A stretch of DNA of 17,414 bases from an uncultured Nitrososphaerales archaeon (GCA_963709405.1 CAVPXM010000032.1:1-17414); one strand, 5' to 3'; shown: positions 1 to 9,189, counted from the first letter of the stretch. Notes: generated by a model not told the origin, from the letters alone. Translations and numbers: made by a program.

Positions 1-516
1 ATGCTTAATTGACTATATCGAGATTATATGTAATATCTACGAAGTAAACACTGACGCAGCAGAAGTGAGAGTACCTATCGGCGTTACTTTAATGTGGTAA
101 AAGATCGTATTAGAAGTAGGTGGATCCAAAAATACCATAATTCCTGATCGCGACCATGTTTATGTCCATCCCATCTGATTTGGCTTGTGAGTATCTTGTA
201 TATAACGTGCGTAAATTCCTTAAGCAAAATCCGTGGCAACGGCTATTGATTTATCTTGTAATGCAAGTCTCCAGATCCTGATCCTAGAGTGATCGTTTCT
301 ACATTTAGTTTGGCTACCGGAATTTCATTTATCAATTTAGTCTAACCTGGCATAGCATGATCTAATCCGAGTTACTGGTCATTGGTCTTGTTGGTTGGTT
401 ACTCGCACGCAATATCCTTAGAGATATCACTAGCAAATTACAATGTTAAGGGTTTTAGAGGATCTATGGTCAGAGAACAGGCTACTTGTTATAAGCGTTA
501 TAAGTAACTTAGTTCT

Positions 517-1645
517 ATGAATCCTAAGGAAAGTGACCACTTTATGAGTAAGAGTACTGCTACCAATGATCAACCGATTCCCAAGAAAATAGACAATTTA
601 AATTATGGTAAAACGAATTTCATTGAGAAGAATTATTCAACCATTATTGATATAGATAAAGCTATAATAGTATCTGATGTGCATCTCGGGTATGAAAAGT
701 CTAATGTAACAGCATTTCTAGATTTTCTTACCACCAATATTGCAAACGGAACTTCAAAAGACCGTTCGATATTTATCCTTGGCGACCTTTGGGATTTTTG
801 GAGAAAGCACGATACTATATATTCAAAAGAATCTGACGAGGTTCTGTCCTTGATTAACCAGTTCAAAGACGTATATTATCTTCCTGGTAATCACGATCAT
901 ATTACCCTAGATGCAGACACAAAATTATCCTGATTTTAACTGCTATAATATTGGCAAATACTTTAGGATTAAAAGTGACGACAAAAGCTTCTTTCTTGTT
1001 CATGGACATGAGCTTGAAGTGATCTCGAAGCTAACATATCTTAAACTCTCCGAGTACGATAAAATTTCAGATCAACTGTGTAGAATGAATGACACGGAAG
1101 GAAATATCGCAAGCTATCTACATGAAATGTTTCATAGAATATTCAGGCAGGGACAGCCTCAAATTACTGATTTCCTGCAGCCGGCAGAACAACGAAAAGG
1201 TATGGATGCAATAGATAAATTTGCCAAGTCAAAAGCTAGGTATCCACTATTAGGGATGCACCTGAATGATATTCTGATTTTTGGGCATACTCATAGACCT
1301 TACAATGATATTCAGAATAACGTAGTAAATACTGGGGCATGGATAGCAGACATGTTGGTTCCCAAATGGTTCGAGGAAGAGTATGGCCAAGATAAAGCAT
1401 GTTTTGGATGGTATATTGAGCTCAACCATGGTGAATACAAGCTACTACCATATGGGATCCATCAAAAGACGAAGGCAGAATGGGAGAATTCTGAATCGAA
1501 CCAACAAGAAAATGAGAGTGAAAAAGGAGAAGAAAAAGAAAATATTGTTAGCAAGGCGGCGTTCCAAGTAGGCGAGGTGGTAAAACAAATGGTAGAAGTA
1601 GGAAGCGATGCTGTGAAACAAGATTCTTCAACTCCATCCAGATGA
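517..1645 (+). pseudogene. Calcineurin-like metallophosphoesterase (LpxH/YbbF-like), split by one frameshift near 911-920
   Basis: ORF 517-933 carries DVHLG, GDLWD and GNHD; ORF 911-1645 carries HGH, GHTH and NTGAW. Together they give all metallophosphoesterase motifs in order. Removing one base at GATGCAGACACAAAAT joins the frames. The true start may be ATG 544. Confidence 0.85.
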
Positions 1646-1902
1646 TTCGGAAAGCAGTGCTCACTGATGAAATCAACTTACTATAAATCATTTGTATATG
1701 ATATGTACCTTAAAAGAAAAACGCTACTGTGGATATGTGGGACAAGAGTCTAGAATTATTCGGTAGCCGAAAAAAGCAAAAATAAAGGTTCGTTGATTTG
1801 CTTCTTATGTGGTATCGATTGATTTCTAGCAAAATGTATAGATTTGTTACGTGATCTAAAATAACTTTAATTATTTCCATGCATAATTATTGAACACCAG
1901 AG

Positions 1903-2313
1903 ATGAGGCTTAAGGATATTAAAGAAATATCTTCAGATAGTGTGAGACTTGTCACTGAATTCGGATCACCAGGGATGATAGAATCACTTCGTAAGATCAA
2001 AGAAATTGCATCAATAGTACAAGAAATTACTGATTCCATAGAGGATCCTCAAATGGTTAATAATCTAGAACGAATTAATCTAGAACGAATGCGTACTGCC
2101 TCTGAAGCATTGCAGCATGCTGGAGATAGGATCAGAAACGTCTCTACACGAGTAAACGAAACTGGTATTGTGGATGAAACTAAAAGTTTGGCATTATCAG
2201 TTAAAAATAAAAGAGATTCTAAGTCGGAACAAAATTTAAAGGAGATAATAATTGCTTTTAAGGACGCTGTCAAATCTATTAAAAGTTTAGCAAATGAATT
2301 AAGAAGATTATAG
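1903..2313 (+). CDS. Hypothetical all-helical/coiled-coil protein (136 aa)
   Basis: Intact ATG ORF with charged, heptad-like composition; contains an in-frame 15-bp duplication (NLERI-NLERM). Confidence 0.7.
   Translation: MRLKDIKEISSDSVRLVTEFGSPGMIESLRKIKEIASIVQEITDSIEDPQMVNNLERINLERMRTASEALQHAGDRIRNVSTRVNETGIVDETKSLALSVKNKRDSKSEQNLKEIIIAFKDAVKSIKSLANELRRL
2061..2090. repeat. Perfect 15-bp tandem duplication TAATCTAGAACGAAT x2
   Basis: 2061-2075 and 2076-2090 are identical; in frame within the 1903-2313 ORF. Confidence 0.95.
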
Positions 2314-2822
2314 ATAAATAGTTACATGAAATTACTTGGTTGTTTGTTGCATGTATGTACAGTGCAGATAAGGTCTTTGAGTACTCTTATCTCAAACAGG
2401 ACATATATATGACTGTGAATGAATGGAATAAGAGAGGAAACAGATGAAAATACGATGAAAAATCGAATATTAATCCACGGTGTCCATGCCAGGCTAACAA
2501 ACCCACTCTCGATTCAACATTGCAAATCCAATTCGCCTCTTGTTAAATATCCTCACTTTACTTTACTTTACTTAACTTTTAGTATAAATATGTCCATTTG
2601 ATATTAATAATAGGTGGTATTAACTTAAGGAATTGTGTAGGAAAGATTGCTACTAATCCAAGCATGAGATGGCTACCGATGTCTACCAATAATCCCGCTA
2701 AGTTAATAGGGGCTAATAATATGTCAAAAGTTTAATACGGTCATTATAAACGAAATCACATATGTAATTACCTGTAATTTACACGCTATATTCTCTAATG
2801 TTTAATGAGCACACCATATTAG

Positions 2823-3086
2823 TTATGTATTTTTCTGTGTTTGCCAGCTCCGTTTCCATCTTATTCTTACCAGAGAGAGCCTTATTGCAAGATATATACC
2901 GAACCCTGCGAATATGCAAAGGACTATTCCTGCTACTACATAGTTTTCAAGTAAGCATACAACAGCAAAAACAGTGGTCAGGCCTGCATACGAAAATACT
3001 ATAATAGGTAAATCCTTGGTAACTTTCTCGGCAATTTCTATTACCTGTACGATTACCTTCACGCGATCAGAGGTCGACTTGGACAT
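2823..3086 (-). CDS. Hypothetical small membrane protein (2 predicted TM segments, basic C-tail)
   Basis: Two hydrophobic stretches (LPIIVFSYAGLTTVFAVVCLL; YVVAGIVLCIFAGFGIYLAI) followed by an Arg/Lys-rich tail. Confidence 0.55.
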   Translation of the reverse strand: MSKSTSDRVKVIVQVIEIAEKVTKDLPIIVFSYAGLTTVFAVVCLLENYVVAGIVLCIFAGFGIYLAIRLSLVRIRWKRSWQTQKNT

Positions 3087-3400
3087 AGATATTCACTGTT
3101 GTAACTATGATGGTTAAGAAATGATATTAATATTAATGTTATTAGAACTCAATACTTATAAGAAAAAGAATTGATTTTTGTTACAAATCATAACTGCCTC
3201 TTTAGTTCCAACTATTATGATAATACTCATAATAGCAATTATCGCTTTCTTCTAAGTGTATCGACCGTTTATCAAGAACCTCTCTAAACCTTAACATCGT
3301 AAAACTATGAACTGATTAACTCTATTAAAACTAATAACAAGATATTATCAATTATCTCATCTACCTATTCAAAATAAAAAACTAATCTAACATACAGTAT

Positions 3401-3440
3401 ATCCAATATTGAAGGCACTACATCCAATATTGAAGGCACT
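3401..3440. repeat. Tandem duplication, period 21 bp (ATCCAATATTGAAGGCACT x2)
   Basis: 19-bp identical copies at 3401-3419 and 3422-3440, separated by AC. Confidence 0.95.
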
Positions 3441-4092
3441 CCTAGTGTTGTAATTAAGCCAATAACAATGTAATGATTATTTCTATCCCAAGAAAATTAA
3501 TTTGGGAATTCATAACCAAATGTTGTAGTCTAGTATGTCAAGGTAACATCTACATGGTGAGGTCAAATTCTACTTATTATATGATACGTTACTCAAAAAC
3601 CCTCATCTTACTTTAAAATACTAATGAGCGATAGGAAAAAAGGATTTTCGAAAGTAATAGTTTCTCCACAAATGCATATTTCATATCATTTTACATAAAT
3701 ATCTGCTTTTTATAGATACTTATTCAAAATGAATATATTTCAAAAATTTGTGGTGTGTTGAATTGTCTGTCCGTTAAATGCAGCTAATCCAATTCTGGCA
3801 AATGATGTGAGTTAACAATAACTTGGCTATCTTCAAAAATGGTATCTTACTCCAGTTCATTCATTGAATTTTAAATTTTGACAAATAGATATTATACAGT
3901 CAATTTTTCTACTATTCCCCCTATAGCATGGTTAATTATCCATCAGAACCATCTTGATTTTCAGTCATCATTACTTTAGCCTGAAGAGCGATCTTTTAGT
4001 TCATAATCATTAATAATTTCTAACAATAATCCCTCAAAAGATTAAAGATAATAGAGACATTAATTAACTTGGACTAAAGAGAAAATAAAACA

Positions 4093-4368
4093 ATGGGCAA
4101 AGAACATTCTCCGGTTTCTGAACATGAAGAACAAGTAACCAAGATTATAGTTACTCTTCAAAATTGGATAGACAAATATGCCAAGAAACATCATATTATT
4201 GATCCATTGATCTTCTTGGATGCGTTTCACGAATTCGAACTAGTAGTTGAACAAGAATGTGTAGGACAAGGTGTCTCAAAAGATAAGATTGATTTAATCA
4301 AAAGGAATGCTGGAGAACGATTCGAAATAAAACATAAAAGAATGTTAGAGGGAGGAGATTTTATCTAA
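4093..4368 (+). CDS. Hypothetical protein (91 aa)
   Basis: Intact ATG ORF with protein-like composition in otherwise AT-rich flanks; no motif recognised. Confidence 0.65.
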   Translation: MGKEHSPVSEHEEQVTKIIVTLQNWIDKYAKKHHIIDPLIFLDAFHEFELVVEQECVGQGVSKDKIDLIKRNAGERFEIKHKRMLEGGDFI

Positions 4369-4691
4369 AGAAAATAGAATAAATCACATAACAACCCAAA
4401 TCTAAATATTTGAAAATAGCTATTAAAGTTAATATGAATAGGTCTTTCGGGTTCGTTTGTTCGATCATACGATGCTATGTTATATTATGTTAGTCTACTA
4501 GTATAGAATTAAATATCTAGATTCGAAGGAGGATATTTTAAAATATGAAAATATTTCTCCACTAAAGTTTATGATATCTTTTGTATATAATAGAGGATAT
4601 GTCACCTTAGCTTGTAAATAATTCATTAACTGCAAATAGATCTCTGGAAGTATCTATCGAAATTTCGATCTGCTCTAACTGTAATATATCA

Positions 4692-5044
4692 TTATAACAG
4701 CTTGAGATCTTTTACAATTGGGTCTATCCTTTCAGATGGCACTGGTCCTATACCTATACAGGTAACAGTATCAGGCTCTAACTGAGTTCTGCCAGCGTCA
4801 TGTATCTTTACTACAGGCAAATTTGCATTTATGATATTAATAAAATAATCGTTTAGTTCACTGTAACTATTTACCTTTAATATAACCTTAATCTGTCCAT
4901 CTTCCTCTTTCCAATCTATCACTCCCTGCATATCATATTTACTAGCCCTTTCCATTGCCATAATTGCAGCGTGTGCAACTTGCGCTCGATCTTACCACAA
5001 CTCATTCCTAAATCCTTGCGAACAATAATAACTTGCTTATACAT
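4692..5044 (-). pseudogene. pth2: Peptidyl-tRNA hydrolase Pth2 (archaeal type), one-base deletion near 4986
   Basis: ATG at 5044 reads MYKQVIIVRKDLGMSCGKI; after restoring one base it continues AAQVAHAAIMAMERA into ORF 4692-4961 with GQIKVILKV, DAGRTQLEP, TCIGIGP and the LKLL end, all Pth2 signatures. Confidence 0.92.
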
Positions 5045-5275
5045 ACTAATTAATTGTGTTCTTACTACTGAGGATTAATTATAACTTTCCCGGATTGTAA
5101 AATTAATCAGTCAATCGTTTATCAGAATCACTGTTTGAATCAAATATTGTACTATAGAGACATTATCAATTCAATATTGGTTGTTATAGCGAATTATTAT
5201 TGCAAATAATCAAAACTACAACATTGTCCTCTATTGATATATTTTTAATATTGGAATAACAGGTATATAGGTTTC

Positions 5276-5842
5276 TTACTTTTCATCCAACATGCTTGTC
5301 CAGGTTTTATTTCTGTATGCTCGAATTCGTAGAAGTGAACTTATGGCAAATCCAGATATTGCTCCCCATATTATGTGAAAGAGTATTGCACTAATTGCAA
5401 TACCTCTTGTAGATTGATATATATCGTCAGACAACACCATGTGGTTAGTTTCAGCTCCAACTAATAAGGTAACAATATGAGGAATAGAAGGTTGAATTAC
5501 TAAAGCGGTTATCGGAAGGAACAATGCTAGCCATATAAGAACGCCTGCCACTATTCCGATAAACATACCTTGTTGTGGAATAATTATCTTAACTCGCTTC
5601 CATCTGGTAGCAAATGCTCCAACTATTGCTCTAAGTAGTGTCCCAGTCAAAATGTGAAGACCAAAACCAGCATATGCTGCTAATGTAAAATTATTCAGAC
5701 CTAAAGCTATTCCAATAATAGAATAAAACGTAGTCATAGGCAACCCTATTTCCAATTCAGATACAGCTATCGTAGTAGATATAGACCAAGTAGCAATAAA
5801 ACCCGCTATCGCTCCGTAGTACGCGCCTTTGTACATCACCAT
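5276..5842 (-). CDS. Hypothetical multi-pass membrane protein (about 4-5 TM)
   Basis: Gly-rich hydrophobic helices (GAIAGFIAT, GFGLHILTG, GIVAGVLIW, LFHIIWGAISG). An upstream in-frame ATG near 5866 is followed by a TAA (MNQ*PVVKM). Confidence 0.75.
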   Translation of the reverse strand: MVMYKGAYYGAIAGFIATWSISTTIAVSELEIGLPMTTFYSIIGIALGLNNFTLAAYAGFGLHILTGTLLRAIVGAFATRWKRVKIIIPQQGMFIGIVAGVLIWLALFLPITALVIQPSIPHIVTLLVGAETNHMVLSDDIYQSTRGIAISAILFHIIWGAISGFAISSLLRIRAYRNKTWTSMLDEK

Positions 5843-6163
5843 TTTAACTACTGGTTACTGATTCATAATATCTATACTTTAACTAAGTATTATTGTATTT
5901 TGTCTAGCAAATATTGTAATAATAGCAAATCTATATTATTAGATATAAAACATATATTATTATGATAGTTTTGTTGTAATATATGTTCCAATTCATACAC
6001 CGAATCTTTCAAATGTCTAATTTATCTTATTCGAATTCGAATCGCGTATTATGTACACAAGTCTTGTGAGACCGTTCATAATTCTATATCTCAAGAGTGT
6101 CAGTTCATAGTTCAGTAGCTGCATTCGAATCTAGTTGAAGATTTTGAGTAACTCACAATGATA

Positions 6164-6185
6164 GTGTTTGAAATGTGTTTGAAAT
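6164..6185. repeat. Perfect 11-bp tandem duplication GTGTTTGAAAT x2
   Basis: 6164-6174 and 6175-6185 are identical; intergenic. Confidence 0.85.
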
Positions 6186-6479
6186 GGTATATGGTAATTA
6201 TTCAATTGAACAAGTGAAAATGGAGAAGTTTGTGAATGGATTACTACTGGGAATCGCAGGATGAGATAGATAATTATTTCGACTCGGGATCTTGTCAGGT
6301 CATGTAAATACTAGGCAGACGTTGATATGATGGAAATAGATTACTTCCAGGTCATGTTAGGGTTGACAAGAATCCAATCAGCAAACGTGGCGGATCTGTA
6401 ATTCCATAGACTAAGAGGAGAAATGAAAGGATGTGCACATCAATAACCATTGAGTTCTAGTCATTTTCATAGTCTAATC

Positions 6480-6791
6480 TTAAGGATATACTCCAAGGAA
6501 GGTTTTTACAAATCGCCTTTTTGCGATCATCAGCGCATTTTTTCCGGTCTGCGTCAAGCTGTAAACTATTATCTTACCATCATTCTTCTCGTCAATAATA
6601 AATCCCATTTCTCGAAGACTCTTTAATGCAGGATAGATTGTGCCTGGACTAGGTCTTTCTCCTTTTCTTTTTGCAATCTCTTCAGCAATCTCCTGTCCAT
6701 GCATGGGTTTTTTTGATAGAAGGAAAAGAATTAGAAATCCCAACATGCCTCGCATGTCACAACAGTAGCCGCTATTTTCTCTCCTTGGCAT
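6480..6791 (-). CDS. PadR-family transcriptional regulator with N-terminal CCDMRG
   Basis: ILFLLSKKPMHGQEIAEEI...PSPGTIYPALKSL...YSLTQTG matches the PadR winged-helix consensus. Confidence 0.93.
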   Translation of the reverse strand: MPRRENSGYCCDMRGMLGFLILFLLSKKPMHGQEIAEEIAKRKGERPSPGTIYPALKSLREMGFIIDEKNDGKIIVYSLTQTGKNALMIAKRRFVKTFLGVYP

Positions 6792-6803
6792 CCCTTATAC
6801 AGT

Positions 6804-6861
6804 GTATTGGGTATCCGATATATATAAATACGCCCATTACGATATATCGTATATCCGATAT
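6804..6861. promoter_or_regulatory. Bidirectional promoter: central TATA element flanked by two ATATCG-N6-CGATAT-type inverted repeats (putative PadR operators)
   Basis: ATATCG-TATATC-CGATAT at 6844-6861 (perfect arms); GTATTG-GGTATC-CGATAT at 6804-6821 (degenerate); TATATATAAATA at 6819-6830 between them; overlapping perfect palindrome TACGATATATCGTA at 6838-6851. Confidence 0.7.
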
Positions 6862-6877
6862 GCACAGAAACAAAATA

Positions 6878-6885
6878 GGAGGTGA
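6878..6885 (+). promoter_or_regulatory. Shine-Dalgarno GGAGGTGA
   Basis: Archaeal-type SD ending 7 nt before ATG 6893. Confidence 0.85.
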
Positions 6886-6892
6886 ATCATGA

Positions 6893-7045
6893 ATGACATA
6901 TGGTTGTTGTGGAACAAGTTCACGTAGCACGCGAAGTTTTCTTACCAAAGAGGAACGCGTAGCATTATTGAAAGAATACAAAAATGATCTGGAGAAGGAG
7001 ACTCAAGGAGTAACAGAGAGGATCAAAGAACTAGAATCGAATTAA
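6893..7045 (+). CDS. Small 50-aa CCG/coiled-coil protein (DUF5320-like), absent from the ORF track
   Basis: MTYGCCGTSSRSTRSFLTKEERVALLKEYKNDLEKETQGVTERIKELESN*; strong SD upstream, T-rich tract downstream, heptad C-terminal helix; divergent from PadR. Confidence 0.85.
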   Translation: MTYGCCGTSSRSTRSFLTKEERVALLKEYKNDLEKETQGVTERIKELESN

Positions 7046-7060
7046 CTTAGATTCGGCATC

Positions 7061-7082
7061 TCTTTTACTTTTTGTTTTGTTG
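7061..7082 (+). terminator. Oligo-T archaeal-type terminator
   Basis: TCTTTTACTTTTTGTTTTGTTG begins 16 nt after the 7045 stop. Confidence 0.5.
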
Positions 7083-7883
7083 CATAATTTATTTACTTAT
7101 CCGAATTTCTTCCAGTATCAGCACATATATCCGAATTAAAATGTTCACTGTTATACAATTACGTAATTCATAAAAACATTACAATGCTATAAATTATTAC
7201 CATTTATCGTCTGTATAATTTAGTAATGAAATAGCTGATATAGTTACTCGTGCCCTCACTGTTGATGATCAAAATCATTTTGTTCCATTTATAAATGAAT
7301 TTCTAATGTACTTTTTTCCATATTGATTTCTATCTCATGTTATATCTAGAGTACGGCCTTGGAATAAGGTACATTTTCCTATTGATATTTCTTGTGGGAA
7401 CACAACTACATTTATTCAGTCCCTACAAATTTTGTAAATTACAAAAGTTCTTATAACATAGTCTCTATCAACTATGTTTATTAATATTTAACTAGGTTTA
7501 AAAATAAAACCGTGTATAATCAAAATTTCAATATAATTTCAATATATTATTATAGTACAGGATACGGAATAATAAGTGGTTTACAATTTCCGGCTTTGTT
7601 AAACAAAAACCGTGACCGCGAACGAAACTCATTGCTAGTTATCTATACATATACCCATGAACGAACCAGTTTTTCTCTTAGTATATTAATATCCTCTTAA
7701 TATTTACTAGTAATATCCTATTTGGGAAAGCATCAGAACCAATTTGCAATTATCTCAGATGCCATCACAATTTTTCAATCCATGGTGAGGAATCTCATAT
7801 CTGTAAGTGTAGACATCCACAAAATCGTATTTTAGGAGTGTCGCGAAGCATTTAGAACTTATAGTACTGATTTAGCCTAGAAT

Positions 7884-8245
7884 TCATGGTTGTAGATTAG
7901 ATCTTTCAGCTGCCTCAAGGATAAGATTCTTTGCTGCCGTCCTTGCCTTTCCATCCTAATATCTTTACATATTTGTCCTTTTCTAAATCCTTGTGATGTT
8001 CGATGAAATGTTGAAGTTTACTAAGCATATAGTTTGGGATATCATCTATATCATCTATATTTGAGAAACTAGGATCCACACTTGTCGCAGGCACTGCAAT
8101 AATTTTTGAATCTGTACCATCCTGATCTTGAGTTAGGACGACTCCCACCGGACGTGACTTTATAATTGATGTTGGGATTAATGGGTAGTCGCCTAGCACA
8201 AATGCATCCATATGATCACCATCTTGTTCTCTAGTATCGAGAATT
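7884..8245 (-). pseudogene. ppa: Family I inorganic pyrophosphatase, 5'-truncated, with a C-terminal frameshift
   Basis: ILDTREQDGDHMDAFVL (DGDPLD-like), RPVGVVLTQDQDGTDSKIIAVP, HFIEHHKDLEKDKYVKILGW. Removing one base near 7938 gives the expected tail AAKNLILEAAERS. An in-frame stop precedes ILDT and the N-terminal roughly 50 aa are not visible. Confidence 0.88.
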
Positions 8246-8295
8246 TATTAAGATGTAATAATAGTTGGAATTAAAGAAATAATGATACAAGAAAT

Positions 8296-8523
8296 ATGCG
8301 ATCTGAAATACTGCAAAATAAGACAGCGGAAGCATGCGTAATACGTCATCGTACTGATGATTTTAGAACTTGTAATTCTGATCCTTTCATTAATGATGAG
8401 GATGAATCACACTGTATAATCCGATTCTGCAATAAACACGCAGAGGAGTATAAGTCAGTCCAAAAACTGGATAATCTGGAAGGGTTAGATATTCATTTCA
8501 AAGAGAAGAAACGTCATCGTTAA
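8296..8523 (+). CDS. Hypothetical small Cys/His-containing protein (75 aa)
   Basis: Intact ATG ORF with four Cys and HCIIRFCNKH; no family recognised. Confidence 0.55.
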   Translation: MRSEILQNKTAEACVIRHRTDDFRTCNSDPFINDEDESHCIIRFCNKHAEEYKSVQKLDNLEGLDIHFKEKKRHR

Positions 8524-8602
8524 CAGAAGTATGTCATTATTGGTCTATATTTGGGTAACAAATCTTAATTCCTGCCATTTCTGAATGACAATTGAATCTA
8601 TG

Positions 8603-8659
8603 TTCATATATAATATTCCAATTCATATATAATATTCCAATTCATATATAATATTCCAA
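8603..8659. repeat. Perfect 19-bp tandem triplication TTCATATATAATATTCCAA x3
   Basis: Copies at 8603-8621, 8622-8640 and 8641-8659; the unit encodes the CBS gene's last codons and stop (LEYYI*). Confidence 0.97.
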
Positions 8660-9091
8660 TATCTTTTCAATAGAATCTTTTTCAGTATCGTTTGCATACT
8701 CTTGGTATCTTGTAAAGTCAAGCGGCGTGAGTATACCGATAGGGCTGTTGTCCGAATTACCATTAGCATTACGAATGACAAGCAGATGTCTTATGTTGTA
8801 TTGCAACATCATATCGGCCGCCTCTGACGGCGAGGAGTTAGACCCAATAGTAATGATAGGAGAAGACATTATTTCCTTATTTGTCACTGTGCTATTACGT
8901 ACGTCATTAATACACACCTTCCTCACCAAGTCACGTTCAGTAACTATGCCTTGCGGCTTACCATTGGCATCAACCACTACCAAAGAGCTCACATTCTTGT
9001 TCTTCATCTTCTGGGCCGCTTCTTGAATAGAAGATAATTCTTCAATCGTTTCAAGTTTTTTCCTCATAATATCTGCGACTTTCATAGTCAT
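8642..9091 (-). CDS. Stand-alone CBS-domain pair protein
   Basis: MKVADIM...SIQEAAQKMKNKNVSSLVVVD..GKPQGIVTERDLVRKV and EIMSSPIITI...EAADMMLQYNIRHLLV...PIGILTPLD. Start more likely ATG 9091 or 9085 than 9166. Confidence 0.93.
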   Translation of the reverse strand: MTMKVADIMRKKLETIEELSSIQEAAQKMKNKNVSSLVVVDANGKPQGIVTERDLVRKVCINDVRNSTVTNKEIMSSPIITIGSNSSPSEAADMMLQYNIRHLLVIRNANGNSDNSPIGILTPLDFTRYQEYANDTEKDSIEKILEYYI

Positions 9092-9189
9092 CAGGGCATC
9101 TAACCTAATTCTTATCAGTATCAAATATGTAAAGGTATGCTTATTCTGCGTTATATTGAATCGCATCTGATCTCAATCATGGTTACACA

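Noticed and set aside
1-400. Coding-like minus-strand sequence with scattered stops
   Set aside because: Probably a decayed gene, but no family could be recognised and no open frame of useful length exists.
2320-2760. ORF 2419-2601 and hydrophobic minus-strand fragments
   Set aside because: Fragmented and unidentifiable; may be relics of membrane-protein genes but cannot be supported.
3360-3515. Short hydrophobic minus-strand frames spanning the 21-bp duplication (VPSILDV VPSILDI)
   Set aside because: Needs a frameshift to connect to an ATG, is short, and has no recognisable homology.
5900-5965. TAGCAAAT and TATATTATTA repeats upstream of the membrane gene as an operator
   Set aside because: Very AT-rich with imperfect symmetry; not distinguishable from background by eye.
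7098-7137. TATCCGAATT repeated with period 30, resembling the putative PadR half-site
   Set aside because: No inverted partner at N6 spacing and it lies downstream of the gene; chance is plausible.
8603-8659. Possible CRISPR array
   Set aside because: Repeats are directly adjacent with no spacers, are 19 bp, overlap a gene end, and no cas genes are present.
9092-9166. 25-aa N-terminal extension of the CBS ORF
   Set aside because: The CBS domain begins at MTMKVADIM; the extension probably runs through the promoter region.
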